DNA from: an uncultured Nitrososphaerota archaeon | GTDB lineage: Archaea; Asgardarchaeota; Njordarchaeia; Njordarchaeales; Njordarchaeaceae | NCBI GenBank assembly: GCA_964518475.1 | Contig: CAZFGR010000013.1 | Coordinates: 1 to 54,401 of the forward strand | Direction of reading: 5' to 3' | Length of the DNA stretch: 54,401 bases | Shown here: positions 20,339-30,158 of the stretch, one piece after another | How positions within the stretch are numbered: the stretch's first letter is position 1 | Layout of the letters: each line of letters starts with the position of its first letter | Translations under genes and position numbers: made by a program | The notes under the pieces: generated by a model | Database searches by the model: none | Told to the model about the DNA's origin: nothing | Seen by the model: only the letters and a program-made list of their open reading frames with translations

Positions 20339-22222
20339 TTGATACTCGGTTATATCCTTCTTAGTAGTGGCGGAGTACCCATTATTACGGATATTCTGAT
20401 ACCATTTGGTGCTAAAGAAAAAAGAGAATTCCTACCAATGATTCTAGGTAGCATCAGCGACTTGTTCAATACTATGCTTAAATCTCGAATCAAAGCTATA
20501 TCCCTCCAGAATTATCGCTTATACATGGATTACAGCGAGAAATACTCAGTAATAATAATTAGTGATACTATAGATCCTAGGCTAGAGACTATTAGTGGGA
20601 AAATAGTAAAAATGTTAGAGGAAGCGGATATTGATCCCTTAGAGCTTCAGATTCTACCAACAATGTTAGAGGATCTAAAAAATAAGGTAAGGGAGCTCCT
20701 CCTAGGCTCACCTCCTTCTCTACAATTCATCCGAGATATTTTAGGTGAAATAAGCGAGAAACCGATTAGTGAATCGGAGAAAACTCCGGCTAAAGAATTT
20801 CCAAATGAAGCAAAAATAACTGGGAAAGGTATTAAGTTAGTTACCCAATTAAGAAATGTCACTATCAGTGACTTATTGAAAATGTTTTATAAGGGAGACT
20901 TATCGAAGATACTTGAAAGTGCTCCATCTCTCTTCGGATCAAGTGATAATGATCTCGCAAGAATACTATACGCGAAAGCAGGTCTCTTTCTGCACATGTC
21001 TACTGCTCAGACGGATGAGTCATTGTTATACGCCATAAAAGGTGTTGTATCTAGAATCAAGGATTCTTTCGCTAAAAGGTACTTGGAGGCTGAAATTCTT
21101 TCATTTCATAGTGTTACGGGTTATCGAGAAATCTTCCAGATAATCTCCGATAACAGTTCAAGAATAAATAATATGCTTTCGAGGAATGATATTTTGGGAG
21201 ACGTCTATAAATTACTCCTTATTCCCGTCCCCATAATGTCGATACTGGAGAAACTCCAGAACCACTACGAAAAAACCTCTCCCTATCTCTACAGCATAAT
21301 ATATGAGGCAAAATCGTTACTAGTTCTGGATAAAGGAATGGAAGATCTCGAAACCCGAGCTTACTCAATATTGGGCACATCAAAAGAAAAATTAAATAAG
21401 TTCATGAAAATAAAAGCTCCATCAATAACTAGTTACTACCTTACTTTGCTGAGTAGTCTATTACACATCATTTTATTATCCAACATGACATATGAGGAAG
21501 GATCAAATATTATCCTAGAAACGCTAAACTTATTCGACAAAAGATGGAGAAAAACTATTGATAAGCTTAAAAATCAGCCGATTGCCACAAAGTTTGCTAA
21601 TATTTACCTAGCCTATGGAATACTCTACAGGTTTCTCATAGAAAGCAAAGATGAAAGAGCTAGAAAAAAACTTAATCGAGTCGAAAGTGTTTTACAAAGC
21701 AGTTTGACAGAACTTATGCAGTTCTATGCTCAAAAGAAAATTTTCAGAGTTTCCTATCTTTACCTATTAGCTGGTATATTGTCGGCACTCTCTAGAATAT
21801 TCATTGAAAAGAGCAAGGTCTCCAATCAGTTAGAATCCATAGTGGCGAGAGCTCTTGATTTTAATGCAGAACAATTATGGACATACGACAGAACACTTTA
21901 CCTCTCCTACTACATAAATTTGCTCGACACCATTGGTAACATAGTAATAATAAAAAACCGTGAAGAACTTAGTGAAAAACATAAGAATCTTCTCAATACG
22001 ATTGCTGATCGCTTAGCTATGATAAGTAACACTTATACGGGATCACTCTTGATCTCTTGCTTATCCGCATTAAGAGCAGTTAGATTCTATGGAGTGATAG
22101 GATCTGAAGCGGCTCTAGAAAAAAGTAAGAATCTCTGTCAATCCATAATGAAGAGGAGCTCACCATTCATCACAAGTATAATCACAAAACTACTTCAAAA
22201 AAGAAATGTAAAAAATGTTTAA
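20339..22222 (+). CDS. Putative longin-domain protein with C-terminal alpha-helical solenoid
   Basis: N-terminus follows a longin-like beta-beta-alpha-beta-beta-beta-alpha pattern; the rest is helical and Leu/Tyr-rich. Likely TTG start at 20339 after GAGGT (track start 20318). Confidence 0.6.
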   Translation: MILGYILLSSGGVPIITDILIPFGAKEKREFLPMILGSISDLFNTMLKSRIKAISLQNYRLYMDYSEKYSVIIISDTIDPRLETISGKIVKMLEEADIDPLELQILPTMLEDLKNKVRELLLGSPPSLQFIRDILGEISEKPISESEKTPAKEFPNEAKITGKGIKLVTQLRNVTISDLLKMFYKGDLSKILESAPSLFGSSDNDLARILYAKAGLFLHMSTAQTDESLLYAIKGVVSRIKDSFAKRYLEAEILSFHSVTGYREIFQIISDNSSRINNMLSRNDILGDVYKLLLIPVPIMSILEKLQNHYEKTSPYLYSIIYEAKSLLVLDKGMEDLETRAYSILGTSKEKLNKFMKIKAPSITSYYLTLLSSLLHIILLSNMTYEEGSNIILETLNLFDKRWRKTIDKLKNQPIATKFANIYLAYGILYRFLIESKDERARKKLNRVESVLQSSLTELMQFYAQKKIFRVSYLYLLAGILSALSRIFIEKSKVSNQLESIVARALDFNAEQLWTYDRTLYLSYYINLLDTIGNIVIIKNREELSEKHKNLLNTIADRLAMISNTYTGSLLISCLSALRAVRFYGVIGSEAALEKSKNLCQSIMKRSSPFITSIITKLLQKRNVKNV

Positions 22223-22235
22223 TGAAATGTGTTGA

Positions 22236-22835
22236 TTATAGGCGTGCAAGGATCTCCTCGTATTTTTTCTTGGCTTGAGACATGACGTCCAGATATATGT
22301 TGTTCCCATGAGAATCTATCGCAACAACAAGAGGACCAAAATTCTCTACTTCCAAAACCCATAGAGCTTCTGGAATTCCGAGATCTAACCAATGTACCTC
22401 CCTCACTCTTTTAATCGCCCTAGCTGCTAGTGCTGCCGCTCCACCAGTGAAGGCTCCATAGAATGCGCCAAATCTCTTCATAGCCTCAGTAGTTTTTGGC
22501 CCCATTCCTCCCTTGCCAATCACCGCCCTAACTTTGAATACTTCTATGAAATCGCTCTCTATAGCCTCCATCCTAGTGCTTGTTGTGGGTCCTGCAGCAA
22601 TTACTTCCCAAGTTTCTCCAACTTTCCTAACAACGGGACCACAATGATAAACAGCTAATCCCTCGAAGTCGATGGGTATTTCATCTTTTTTCCCGGCTCT
22701 AGCAAGGTCTAGAGCACGCCTATGAGCCCCATCTCGGGCTGTAATGATTAATCCGCTTATATAAACTACATCTCCGACTTTCAGCTTTCTAACATCTTCT
22801 TCCTTGATAGGGGTTGTTAAATAATACTCAGCCAT
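22236..22835 (-). CDS. Fe-S class I fumarate hydratase/tartrate dehydratase, beta subunit
   Basis: TARDGAH, YHCGPV, GPTTSTRM, IGKGG and DSHGN motifs. Confidence 0.9.
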   Translation of the reverse strand: MAEYYLTTPIKEEDVRKLKVGDVVYISGLIITARDGAHRRALDLARAGKKDEIPIDFEGLAVYHCGPVVRKVGETWEVIAAGPTTSTRMEAIESDFIEVFKVRAVIGKGGMGPKTTEAMKRFGAFYGAFTGGAAALAARAIKRVREVHWLDLGIPEALWVLEVENFGPLVVAIDSHGNNIYLDVMSQAKKKYEEILARL

Positions 22836-23728
22836 TATAGCTTCACCCCATGACTAATTATTTCTGCAGAACCATCTTTTTTAATAACTAGTGTGCCTCT
22901 CCTCATTGCCCAACACCCAATAGCTACGCCCGTTAATAATGTTGCAGGATGCCTATGTGCCCACTCAACATTCACGCCCAGAACAGTTATTTTTCCACCG
23001 AATCCCATGGCACCAATACCTAACTCATTTAATAGATTCATTAGCTCCTCCTCAAAAGAAGCTACTGCCTCGTCACTACTTCGACTGGTTACTGGTCTCA
23101 ACAATGCTTTCTTAGCTAGCATCATTGCTAGATCCTCCGTACCTCCTACTCCGACACCCACTATTATTGGAGGACATGGTTTAGGTCCGGCCTCGTATAC
23201 TGCATTAAGAACCGCTTTTTTGACACCTTTGATTTTCTCGGCTGGCGGTACTGAATAGAGTTTCGCTACATAACTTGAACCCCCTCCTTTGGGCATCACA
23301 GATATTTCAAGAGTGTCCCCAGGAACAAGCTCGTAGTGTATGAAAGGAATATTCCTTCCCGTATTATCGCCAGAGTTCTTGTTAGTCCAGGGATCTACAG
23401 CATTAGGTCTTAAAGGAACTTCTTCTGTAGCTTTTCTAACGGCCTCCAATAATAGAGAATTCAGTTTTGATCTTATTGGAAAATCATCACCGAGTTTTAC
23501 GTAGAAGGTTATTAATCCAGTATCCTGGCATATCGGTAGGCTCTTCTCCATAGCATATTTTACGTTATCTAATATCGCTTTCAACTGGGTTTTCGCAAGT
23601 TCATTGGTTTCCTTATTATAGGCATCTTCTAGAGCATTAATAATATCTTGGGGCAACCTCGTTTCAGAAACTCTTAGAAGCTCAACAACACTCTCCACGA
23701 TTCTTTGTTCTAGGGAAATAATCATCAC
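22835..23728 (-). CDS. Fe-S class I fumarate hydratase/tartrate dehydratase, alpha subunit
   Basis: PICQDTG, LRPNAV, PKGGGS, PCPP, HRHPA and CWAMRR motifs. Confidence 0.9.
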   Translation of the reverse strand: MMIISLEQRIVESVVELLRVSETRLPQDIINALEDAYNKETNELAKTQLKAILDNVKYAMEKSLPICQDTGLITFYVKLGDDFPIRSKLNSLLLEAVRKATEEVPLRPNAVDPWTNKNSGDNTGRNIPFIHYELVPGDTLEISVMPKGGGSSYVAKLYSVPPAEKIKGVKKAVLNAVYEAGPKPCPPIIVGVGVGGTEDLAMMLAKKALLRPVTSRSSDEAVASFEEELMNLLNELGIGAMGFGGKITVLGVNVEWAHRHPATLLTGVAIGCWAMRRGTLVIKKDGSAEIISHGVKL

Positions 23729-23858
23729 CCCCGCATAAGAACTACTAGAATAAAGTGTTGAAGCTCCAATTCTTACTCAACAATATCTTTTTTAAAATAT
23801 TTTTGCTAGGTGAAGAATACTCTTGCATGCTTCCATAGTGAACTTATAAGGTGCCACT

Positions 23859-25103
23859 ATGGCGAGTACGACCGTGGAGAAACTTGATTGGAAATTAACA
23901 TTTATTATAGGTCTCGGATTCTTCACAACAGGTATTACCTGGTCTCTATACAACTCCTACGTTCCAATATTCTTGAGAAACATAATTAATAATGATCCAT
24001 TCTGGTACGCGATTTTCGGATCATGGATTAATACGTTCATAGGTATAGTAATGATCTTGGATAACGTAGCAGCGGTTACGCTTCAGCCATGGATAGGTGC
24101 TCGGTCGGATAATACTTGGACAAGATTTGGAAGAAGAATGCCCTACATAATGATAGGGATTCCGTTAGCTGCCTTCTTTTTCATCTTCATACCAGTGATA
24201 AAGGAACTCATGATATTACTCATCATAATTACGCTATTTAATATCGCGATGGCGATCTATAGGGCTCCAGTCGTAGCTTTAATGCCCGATCTCATACCTT
24301 CAAAATTCAGGAGCAAGGCTAATGGCGTGATAAATTTCATGGGAGGTATCGGAGCAGTATACGCTTTCTTTATCGGCTCTTACCTATACGAACTATACAG
24401 CCCCTTCATAGCATTCCTAACAACATCCATAATAATGATCATAGCATTGCTAGTCTTAATCATCTTCATTAAAGAGCCGGAAAAACCCATGAATCTCGAT
24501 GAGAAAATCGGAATTATTGAAGCGTTTAAAGAGGTGCTTACGGACGAGGAACTGAGTGGCTTATCAATGCTCTTAGCTATTATGATGTGGTTTTTTGGAT
24601 ACTATATCATAGAGACATGGTTCACTACCTACGGCGTCATCGTCCTAAATATTTCCGAGGCTCTTGCTTCACGCATGCTGACTGGTTTTGCCTTAATGTT
24701 CATATTATTCGCAATCCCAGCAGGATTCATCGCCAGTAAAATAGGTAGGAGAAGAACGATAATCATTGGCTTAATTGGTTTGATAATTCTCATGATCGTG
24801 CTCGCTAATCTACGCGACATTGTTTTGATCGCCATCCTACTTACCATTGGTGGAGTTTTCTGGGCATTAATAAACATAAATAGCATAGTCATTGTTTGGG
24901 AAATTGGTGGAGAAGCTAAACTAGGAGCATATACGGGGCTCTATTACTTCTTCTCCTCCCTCGCCGCGATAATAGGTCCAGTTGTCGCTGGTAGTATATT
25001 TGATAGAGTTGGTCACTGGGTAATGTTCTGGATCTCTGCCATCTTTATGGCTATAGCATTATTCTTCATGCTTATGGTTAAGAAAGGGGAGGGAGAAGCA
25101 TGA
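23859..25103 (+). CDS. MFS transporter (SLC45/GPH-like)
   Basis: SD.TWTRFGRRMPY, RAPVVALMPD and GAYTGLYYF motifs; about 12 TM. Confidence 0.88.
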   Translation: MASTTVEKLDWKLTFIIGLGFFTTGITWSLYNSYVPIFLRNIINNDPFWYAIFGSWINTFIGIVMILDNVAAVTLQPWIGARSDNTWTRFGRRMPYIMIGIPLAAFFFIFIPVIKELMILLIIITLFNIAMAIYRAPVVALMPDLIPSKFRSKANGVINFMGGIGAVYAFFIGSYLYELYSPFIAFLTTSIIMIIALLVLIIFIKEPEKPMNLDEKIGIIEAFKEVLTDEELSGLSMLLAIMMWFFGYYIIETWFTTYGVIVLNISEALASRMLTGFALMFILFAIPAGFIASKIGRRRTIIIGLIGLIILMIVLANLRDIVLIAILLTIGGVFWALININSIVIVWEIGGEAKLGAYTGLYYFFSSLAAIIGPVVAGSIFDRVGHWVMFWISAIFMAIALFFMLMVKKGEGEA

Positions 25104-25813
25104 TTGATGAAAAAAGGAAGCCTTGGTGTATAGCTCATAGAGGAGCTAGTAAGTTAGCTCCAGAAAACACATTAAAGAGTTTTAAGAAAGCGATAGAGCT
25201 GGGCGCTGACATGATAGAGCTCGATGTACGGTTAACAAAGGATAGAAAAGTAGTCGTTATTCACGACGCTGATATCAGTAGAACAAGTAATGGTTCTGGC
25301 CCCGTTAGATCATACACATTAGAAGAACTCAGAAAATTTGATTTCGGAGATGGGGAAAGAATACCAACGCTTGAAGAAGCACTGGAGCTGGCTAGAGACA
25401 AAGTGTTAGTTAATGTAGAAATAAAGGAGCCAGACATGGTTCGGGAAGTCGTGGAGGTGATAAAGAAAACTGGGATGGTTAATCAAGTGATAGTAAGTTC
25501 GTTTATTCACCCAATACTTCCTATGATAAAGAAGCTTGAGCCAAGCATAAAGACGGCCATACTATTTGTTTGTTATCCAGTCAATGTGGTAAGATTAGCA
25601 CGTGATGCTATGGCTGACTTCATTAATCCCTACCATGAAGCAGTTGAGGAAATGATGGTGAATGCCGCTAGATCCGCTGGTCTTGGAATATTACCATGGA
25701 CTGTTGATGATGAAGAATCCATGAAAAAATTGATAAGACTGGGAGTTGATGGAGTAATAACAAACGATCCAGCATTATTTCTTAGAGTCAGGAAAGAAAT
25801 TCTTGGTTTCTAA
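25100..25813 (+). CDS. Glycerophosphodiester phosphodiesterase (GDPD)
   Basis: AHRGAS..APENT, IELDV, IHD, NVEIK, PWTVD and ITNDP motifs; ATGA overlap with the MFS gene. Confidence 0.92.
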   Translation: MIDEKRKPWCIAHRGASKLAPENTLKSFKKAIELGADMIELDVRLTKDRKVVVIHDADISRTSNGSGPVRSYTLEELRKFDFGDGERIPTLEEALELARDKVLVNVEIKEPDMVREVVEVIKKTGMVNQVIVSSFIHPILPMIKKLEPSIKTAILFVCYPVNVVRLARDAMADFINPYHEAVEEMMVNAARSAGLGILPWTVDDEESMKKLIRLGVDGVITNDPALFLRVRKEILGF

Positions 25814-26006
25814 TCCTCTTTTTCTCTCTAAGAGATACGAATTCTCGTTAGAGGAGATACGTGGCATAATTAGAGAGTCAAGATGATTGCTAATTCTGAG
25901 ATTTAGTAGCATTATGTTTTTATCAAGGGTTTAATTCGTCATTTCTTAAGAGACAGAATCATGCGGGGCTTCTTCCTTGCTTAGCACTCGGGAACTCACT
26001 TTCACA

Positions 26007-27494
26007 ATGGCTATTCGCGATCCTATTCATGGTGTTATACCAATAACAAGATTGGAGTACGAAGTTACTGTCACCAGTTTATTCGAGAGGCTTAGATATA
26101 TCAGAAAGGCGGGCGGTGCTTACCTTATCTATCCAGGCGAAAATGATAATAGGTATGCTCATAGTATAGGAACTTGTCACATCGCATATAGTATCCTTAA
26201 GAACGCTTTTGACCACTATCTAAGGAAGATTGACGAGAAGCTTTGGAAGGATCTCTGGAGCCCAGAATATGGAGTTGATGATATTTTACAAATAGTGAGA
26301 CTTGCTGGGTTACTACACGATATTGGTCATGGACCTTTTTCCCACACGACAGAGGATATTCTCCATTACGTACTCAGGAATTTCTATAGTAAAGACTATG
26401 AGGAGTTTTTATCAAAGGGCTTTGGAAATGTTCATGAATTCTTTAGTTATAAGATGGTGCTAGAGAATAAGGAGATAAAAGAGATCCTAGGGAAATACGG
26501 TTTGAATCCCCTAGATATCGCAATATTGTTTAGCAAGGAAGAGGTTTCTGAGAGAAAAAGTCTTCTAACCCCTGTAAGCATTAATGTTCTTAGAAAAATA
26601 ATAAGTAGTCAGATAGATGCTGACAGACTTGATAATCTTCTTCGAGATAGTCATGCAATTGGTGTTCCTTATGGTGTAATAGACGTAGACTCTATTGTCA
26701 AGAATATGTTTATTTATCAATCCAAGCAGGATGATTTAAAACTTGTTCACCACATAAGATCCCTAGGCTCTATAGAAGATTTGCTAGATGCTCGTTATAA
26801 GATGTATAGATGGCTTTATTACCATCAGAGAGTAGTTTTGGTAGATACGATATTGAAGAGATTAATATTAATGCTTGTCGAAGACGGAATAATCGAGCCT
26901 CATCACTTCCATTATAGTGGGTACGTAAGGGACGATTACTTCTTTGCGGATGATTATTGGTTATGGAGAAAAATTATTGAGGCTTATAGAGATAGGCCAG
27001 ATGATTACTACTTAGCGAAAACTCTAATTAATCAGGATTATCTTCCCTTAGCTTTGTGGAGAACTTATGAAGAATTTGCCGAGATAGTGAGAAGAAGTAT
27101 TAAAACAGATTCTGTCTCAGATATCGTAAAGAAAGTACTTCGTCTAAGGAAAGAAGGTATTCTGAATGATGATCAATTATCTTCCCTTGTGGCTGAGAAG
27201 ACCAAGATTCCTGATATAAGATTATTAATGATATGGGAGAAACCTACAACACCTTATGATTGGCGTAGCGGCGAGGAAGTTCTAATTTATATCTCGCCTC
27301 GCAGAATAGTGCGTATGACGGAGATCTCCATATATATTCGTAAACTGATAGAGGTGGGAGAAGAGTACTATCCCCTATACGTTTATTATTACGTGTATAA
27401 GAAGAGGAGAAGCCATTTTATACAATACATGTATAAAGTGAGAAGTTCCTTCATTAGCATTCTGAAGCAGTACTTGGAGATGGGTGAGAAGTAG
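26007..27494 (+). CDS. HD-domain phosphohydrolase of the SAMHD1/COG1078 dNTPase family (variant pocket)
   Basis: IRDPIHG, RLRYI, R..HS.G, LHDIGHGPFSH, DADRLD..RD and R..MY..LYYH motifs. Likely start ATG 26007 (track 25977). Confidence 0.85.
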   Translation: MAIRDPIHGVIPITRLEYEVTVTSLFERLRYIRKAGGAYLIYPGENDNRYAHSIGTCHIAYSILKNAFDHYLRKIDEKLWKDLWSPEYGVDDILQIVRLAGLLHDIGHGPFSHTTEDILHYVLRNFYSKDYEEFLSKGFGNVHEFFSYKMVLENKEIKEILGKYGLNPLDIAILFSKEEVSERKSLLTPVSINVLRKIISSQIDADRLDNLLRDSHAIGVPYGVIDVDSIVKNMFIYQSKQDDLKLVHHIRSLGSIEDLLDARYKMYRWLYYHQRVVLVDTILKRLILMLVEDGIIEPHHFHYSGYVRDDYFFADDYWLWRKIIEAYRDRPDDYYLAKTLINQDYLPLALWRTYEEFAEIVRRSIKTDSVSDIVKKVLRLRKEGILNDDQLSSLVAEKTKIPDIRLLMIWEKPTTPYDWRSGEEVLIYISPRRIVRMTEISIYIRKLIEVGEEYYPLYVYYYVYKKRRSHFIQYMYKVRSSFISILKQYLEMGEK

Positions 27495-27509
27495 CTCTCT
27501 ATATATAAT

Positions 27510-28661
27510 TTAGATTTCTTCTAGGGCTTCTTTATACACTTTCATAATTAATTTGATTACTCTACGCCAGTCGTACCTTTTGATAAATTTCTGTCCTCTT
27601 ATACTCATTTTTCTTAATTTTTCTGGGTTTTTTAGTAATGCTATTATCGCTCCCGCTAGCGACCCAGGATCCATTTTTCCGAGGAATATTCCCGCTCCAC
27701 TATTTGAGAAGACTCTCTTTAATTCTCCACCCACTGTGGATACTATCGGAACCCCTAGTGCCAACGCCTCTAAGAAAATCATAGGGAAGCTTTCTCCTCC
27801 GTAACTAGTATTTACCAGGATGTCTGACCGCATATAAACTCTGAAAAGTTCTTTTCTTGGGAGATATCCGAGGAATTCTATTTTATCCTCTATATCTAAT
27901 ATATTAGCTAGTTTTCTCAGATAGCTATGGGTAAAGCCGGTCGGCCCTACTACCAACATTTTAGCTGCTGGATAATATTTTAGAACTTGTTTAAATGCGA
28001 GAAAAGCTAGCTCAAAACCTTTTCGTGGAGACCCTCTTCCTATTAGGAGAAGAGTGGGTTTTTCTGGATCGATATCCTTTTTCTCAACAAATTTTTGTAT
28101 CTCTTTCAAATAGATGGCATTTGGTATATAGTAGACCTTCTTCCTATACACATAAGAGAAGAACCTAGCACCTATAGGGTTTACAGAAATAGCCTTCGTA
28201 TACATTTTAAGAGCATTCGTTGGAGGAATCTTTGACAATATTCTCGCGCTACCATACCACCAAAAATGTATCTGTCTAAAGAATGGAGGCGTGAAATGAT
28301 TGGTTATGACTGTTGGTATTCCCAACTCTGCCCCTATCCTAGGAGTAGCTATTCCAAGGGGAGAAAAGGGGTGGTGAGCATGCATTAAATCTGGATCTAT
28401 AACCTTTACCAAAGGCTTTATTCTTTTTCTGAAAGCTCTTATTCCAAAGGTGGCTGGAGCAAAAATTCTCGATTTTCTCCTAAAAACGGGTATCCCGTCA
28501 TGAAAATCAAAATCTTTTGTCTCTCCAGCTGTCGTTAATATATAAACATTATGTCCTAGATCTCTAAGAGTCTTAGCTAATTCTTCAACATGTGTCGCTA
28601 TACCGCCAAATCTTGGATAGAAAAAGTCTGTCAATAAAAGAATCCTCAACGATAATAGCAC
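27510..28661 (-). CDS. GT4 glycosyltransferase (PigA-like)
   Basis: TDFFYPRFGGIATH, HAH, R...RKG and ESFPMIFLEALALG (EX7E) motifs. Confidence 0.88.
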   Translation of the reverse strand: MLLSLRILLLTDFFYPRFGGIATHVEELAKTLRDLGHNVYILTTAGETKDFDFHDGIPVFRRKSRIFAPATFGIRAFRKRIKPLVKVIDPDLMHAHHPFSPLGIATPRIGAELGIPTVITNHFTPPFFRQIHFWWYGSARILSKIPPTNALKMYTKAISVNPIGARFFSYVYRKKVYYIPNAIYLKEIQKFVEKKDIDPEKPTLLLIGRGSPRKGFELAFLAFKQVLKYYPAAKMLVVGPTGFTHSYLRKLANILDIEDKIEFLGYLPRKELFRVYMRSDILVNTSYGGESFPMIFLEALALGVPIVSTVGGELKRVFSNSGAGIFLGKMDPGSLAGAIIALLKNPEKLRKMSIRGQKFIKRYDWRRVIKLIMKVYKEALEEI

Positions 28662-28850
28662 CTCTCGAATTTCCTAGGGAACAGTTGCTCATCACCTATA
28701 TAAGAAGTAATTCTTGCTATGTATAGGAAATTAATATTTTTAAAACATACTTTGCCGGGAGCTAATAATGTAGATTTTTATACTTGAATTACTCTCCCTG
28801 TCTCTTTACTAATGCCTTCTTCCATGTGTTAACAACCTCGATAAGATCTA

Positions 28851-30059
28851 GTGAGGATCATGGGAGAGTACTACCCAGTATTTGACAACGGAGAAGTAAA
28901 GGCTTTTATTAACGCTGGGGGCGACGTAATTAGCATGCTGGACAGCCATGGAGAAAAGTTTTTCTTATGGATTTCGCGGAGCGAAGGAGTTAATATTAGC
29001 ACGTTGCTTAGGGGGAGGTATTTAGTAGTTGATGATAGGAAACTTTGGATCGCTCGACTCTTGGATCCCGCTCCTACTCTCTATGGATATGTTGCCTATA
29101 ATTTAGATGCTTATGTCGATTTCTTAGCCAGTAAAGTAAGGGAGAAACTGCGCTACAAGAAGGTCTTACTATCTTTTAGTGGAGGCAAGGATAGTATCGC
29201 TAGCCTCGTTGTTTTGTTAAAATTACAAGAACACATTCCTTTTGACCTCTTTGTCGTATACTCCTACGTACCTTATCTCGAATCATTGCGAAATGACCGA
29301 TTTATCGATTATATTGAGAGAAAGCTAAATATTGACATTGAGAGAGTAGAGGCTCCCAGGGATATCATGAAACGAGTATTGTTTGACTCTGGCCTACCCT
29401 TCAGAGGCTATCGATGGTGTACGTATCTCAAGATTAAACCTATTAGAAAGCTTAAGCGGGAGAAAAGGATTGATTTTGAAGTATCTAATGAGAGACTATT
29501 TGAGGCTTCAAAGAGATTTAAAAGTCTGCTCAGTTATGCTCGTCAAGGGATATTTATTAGTGGTGGTCAGTTTAAACCCATGTATCCCTTAACAATTCTT
29601 GATGTGATAAAACTAAATAGGGAAATAAACCTCGTTCACCCAGATTACCTTAATGGTTGCTCTAGAATATCTTGTGCTTTATGCCCCTACCGAATGATCT
29701 ATGAAATAAAGGAAGGTTACAAGGATGTTGAGGACCCTGGAGTGATTGAGAAGGCCTTGCAGATCGGTTATGAAAAATTCTACAAAGCGAGAATTGATTG
29801 GGATACTTATTTAGAACATGAATTATGGCGGTTTCATCCCGAGCAAGCAGAGTTATTAAGTAGGATAATTAAGAAACTCAAAAAGAGGGAATATGAGGAA
29901 AAAATCTCGGAAGAAACTATAAGAGAATTGATTAGTAACCCTTGGATGGTTGATCTCCCCTCCCACCCAATCATATCTTTAGACACTATTTTTGTAAAAG
30001 CTAGAGAATGGAGCAGGAAACCTATTTATTCAGTCATTAATCCACCTTGGAAAAAATAA
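28851..30059 (+). CDS. Phosphoadenosine phosphosulfate reductase-family (PP-loop) protein
   Basis: SFSGGKDS, RWCT..KIKP and SRISCALCP motifs. Confidence 0.8.
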   Translation: MRIMGEYYPVFDNGEVKAFINAGGDVISMLDSHGEKFFLWISRSEGVNISTLLRGRYLVVDDRKLWIARLLDPAPTLYGYVAYNLDAYVDFLASKVREKLRYKKVLLSFSGGKDSIASLVVLLKLQEHIPFDLFVVYSYVPYLESLRNDRFIDYIERKLNIDIERVEAPRDIMKRVLFDSGLPFRGYRWCTYLKIKPIRKLKREKRIDFEVSNERLFEASKRFKSLLSYARQGIFISGGQFKPMYPLTILDVIKLNREINLVHPDYLNGCSRISCALCPYRMIYEIKEGYKDVEDPGVIEKALQIGYEKFYKARIDWDTYLEHELWRFHPEQAELLSRIIKKLKKREYEEKISEETIRELISNPWMVDLPSHPIISLDTIFVKAREWSRKPIYSVINPPWKK

Positions 30060-30158
30060 ATTCTATAAAAACATTTGATTTTAAAAGATAAATTTTTAAG
30101 CATACACTTCATTATTATTATTTTAATAATGACTTTCGCTTCTATTGGAGGTTTTTGA

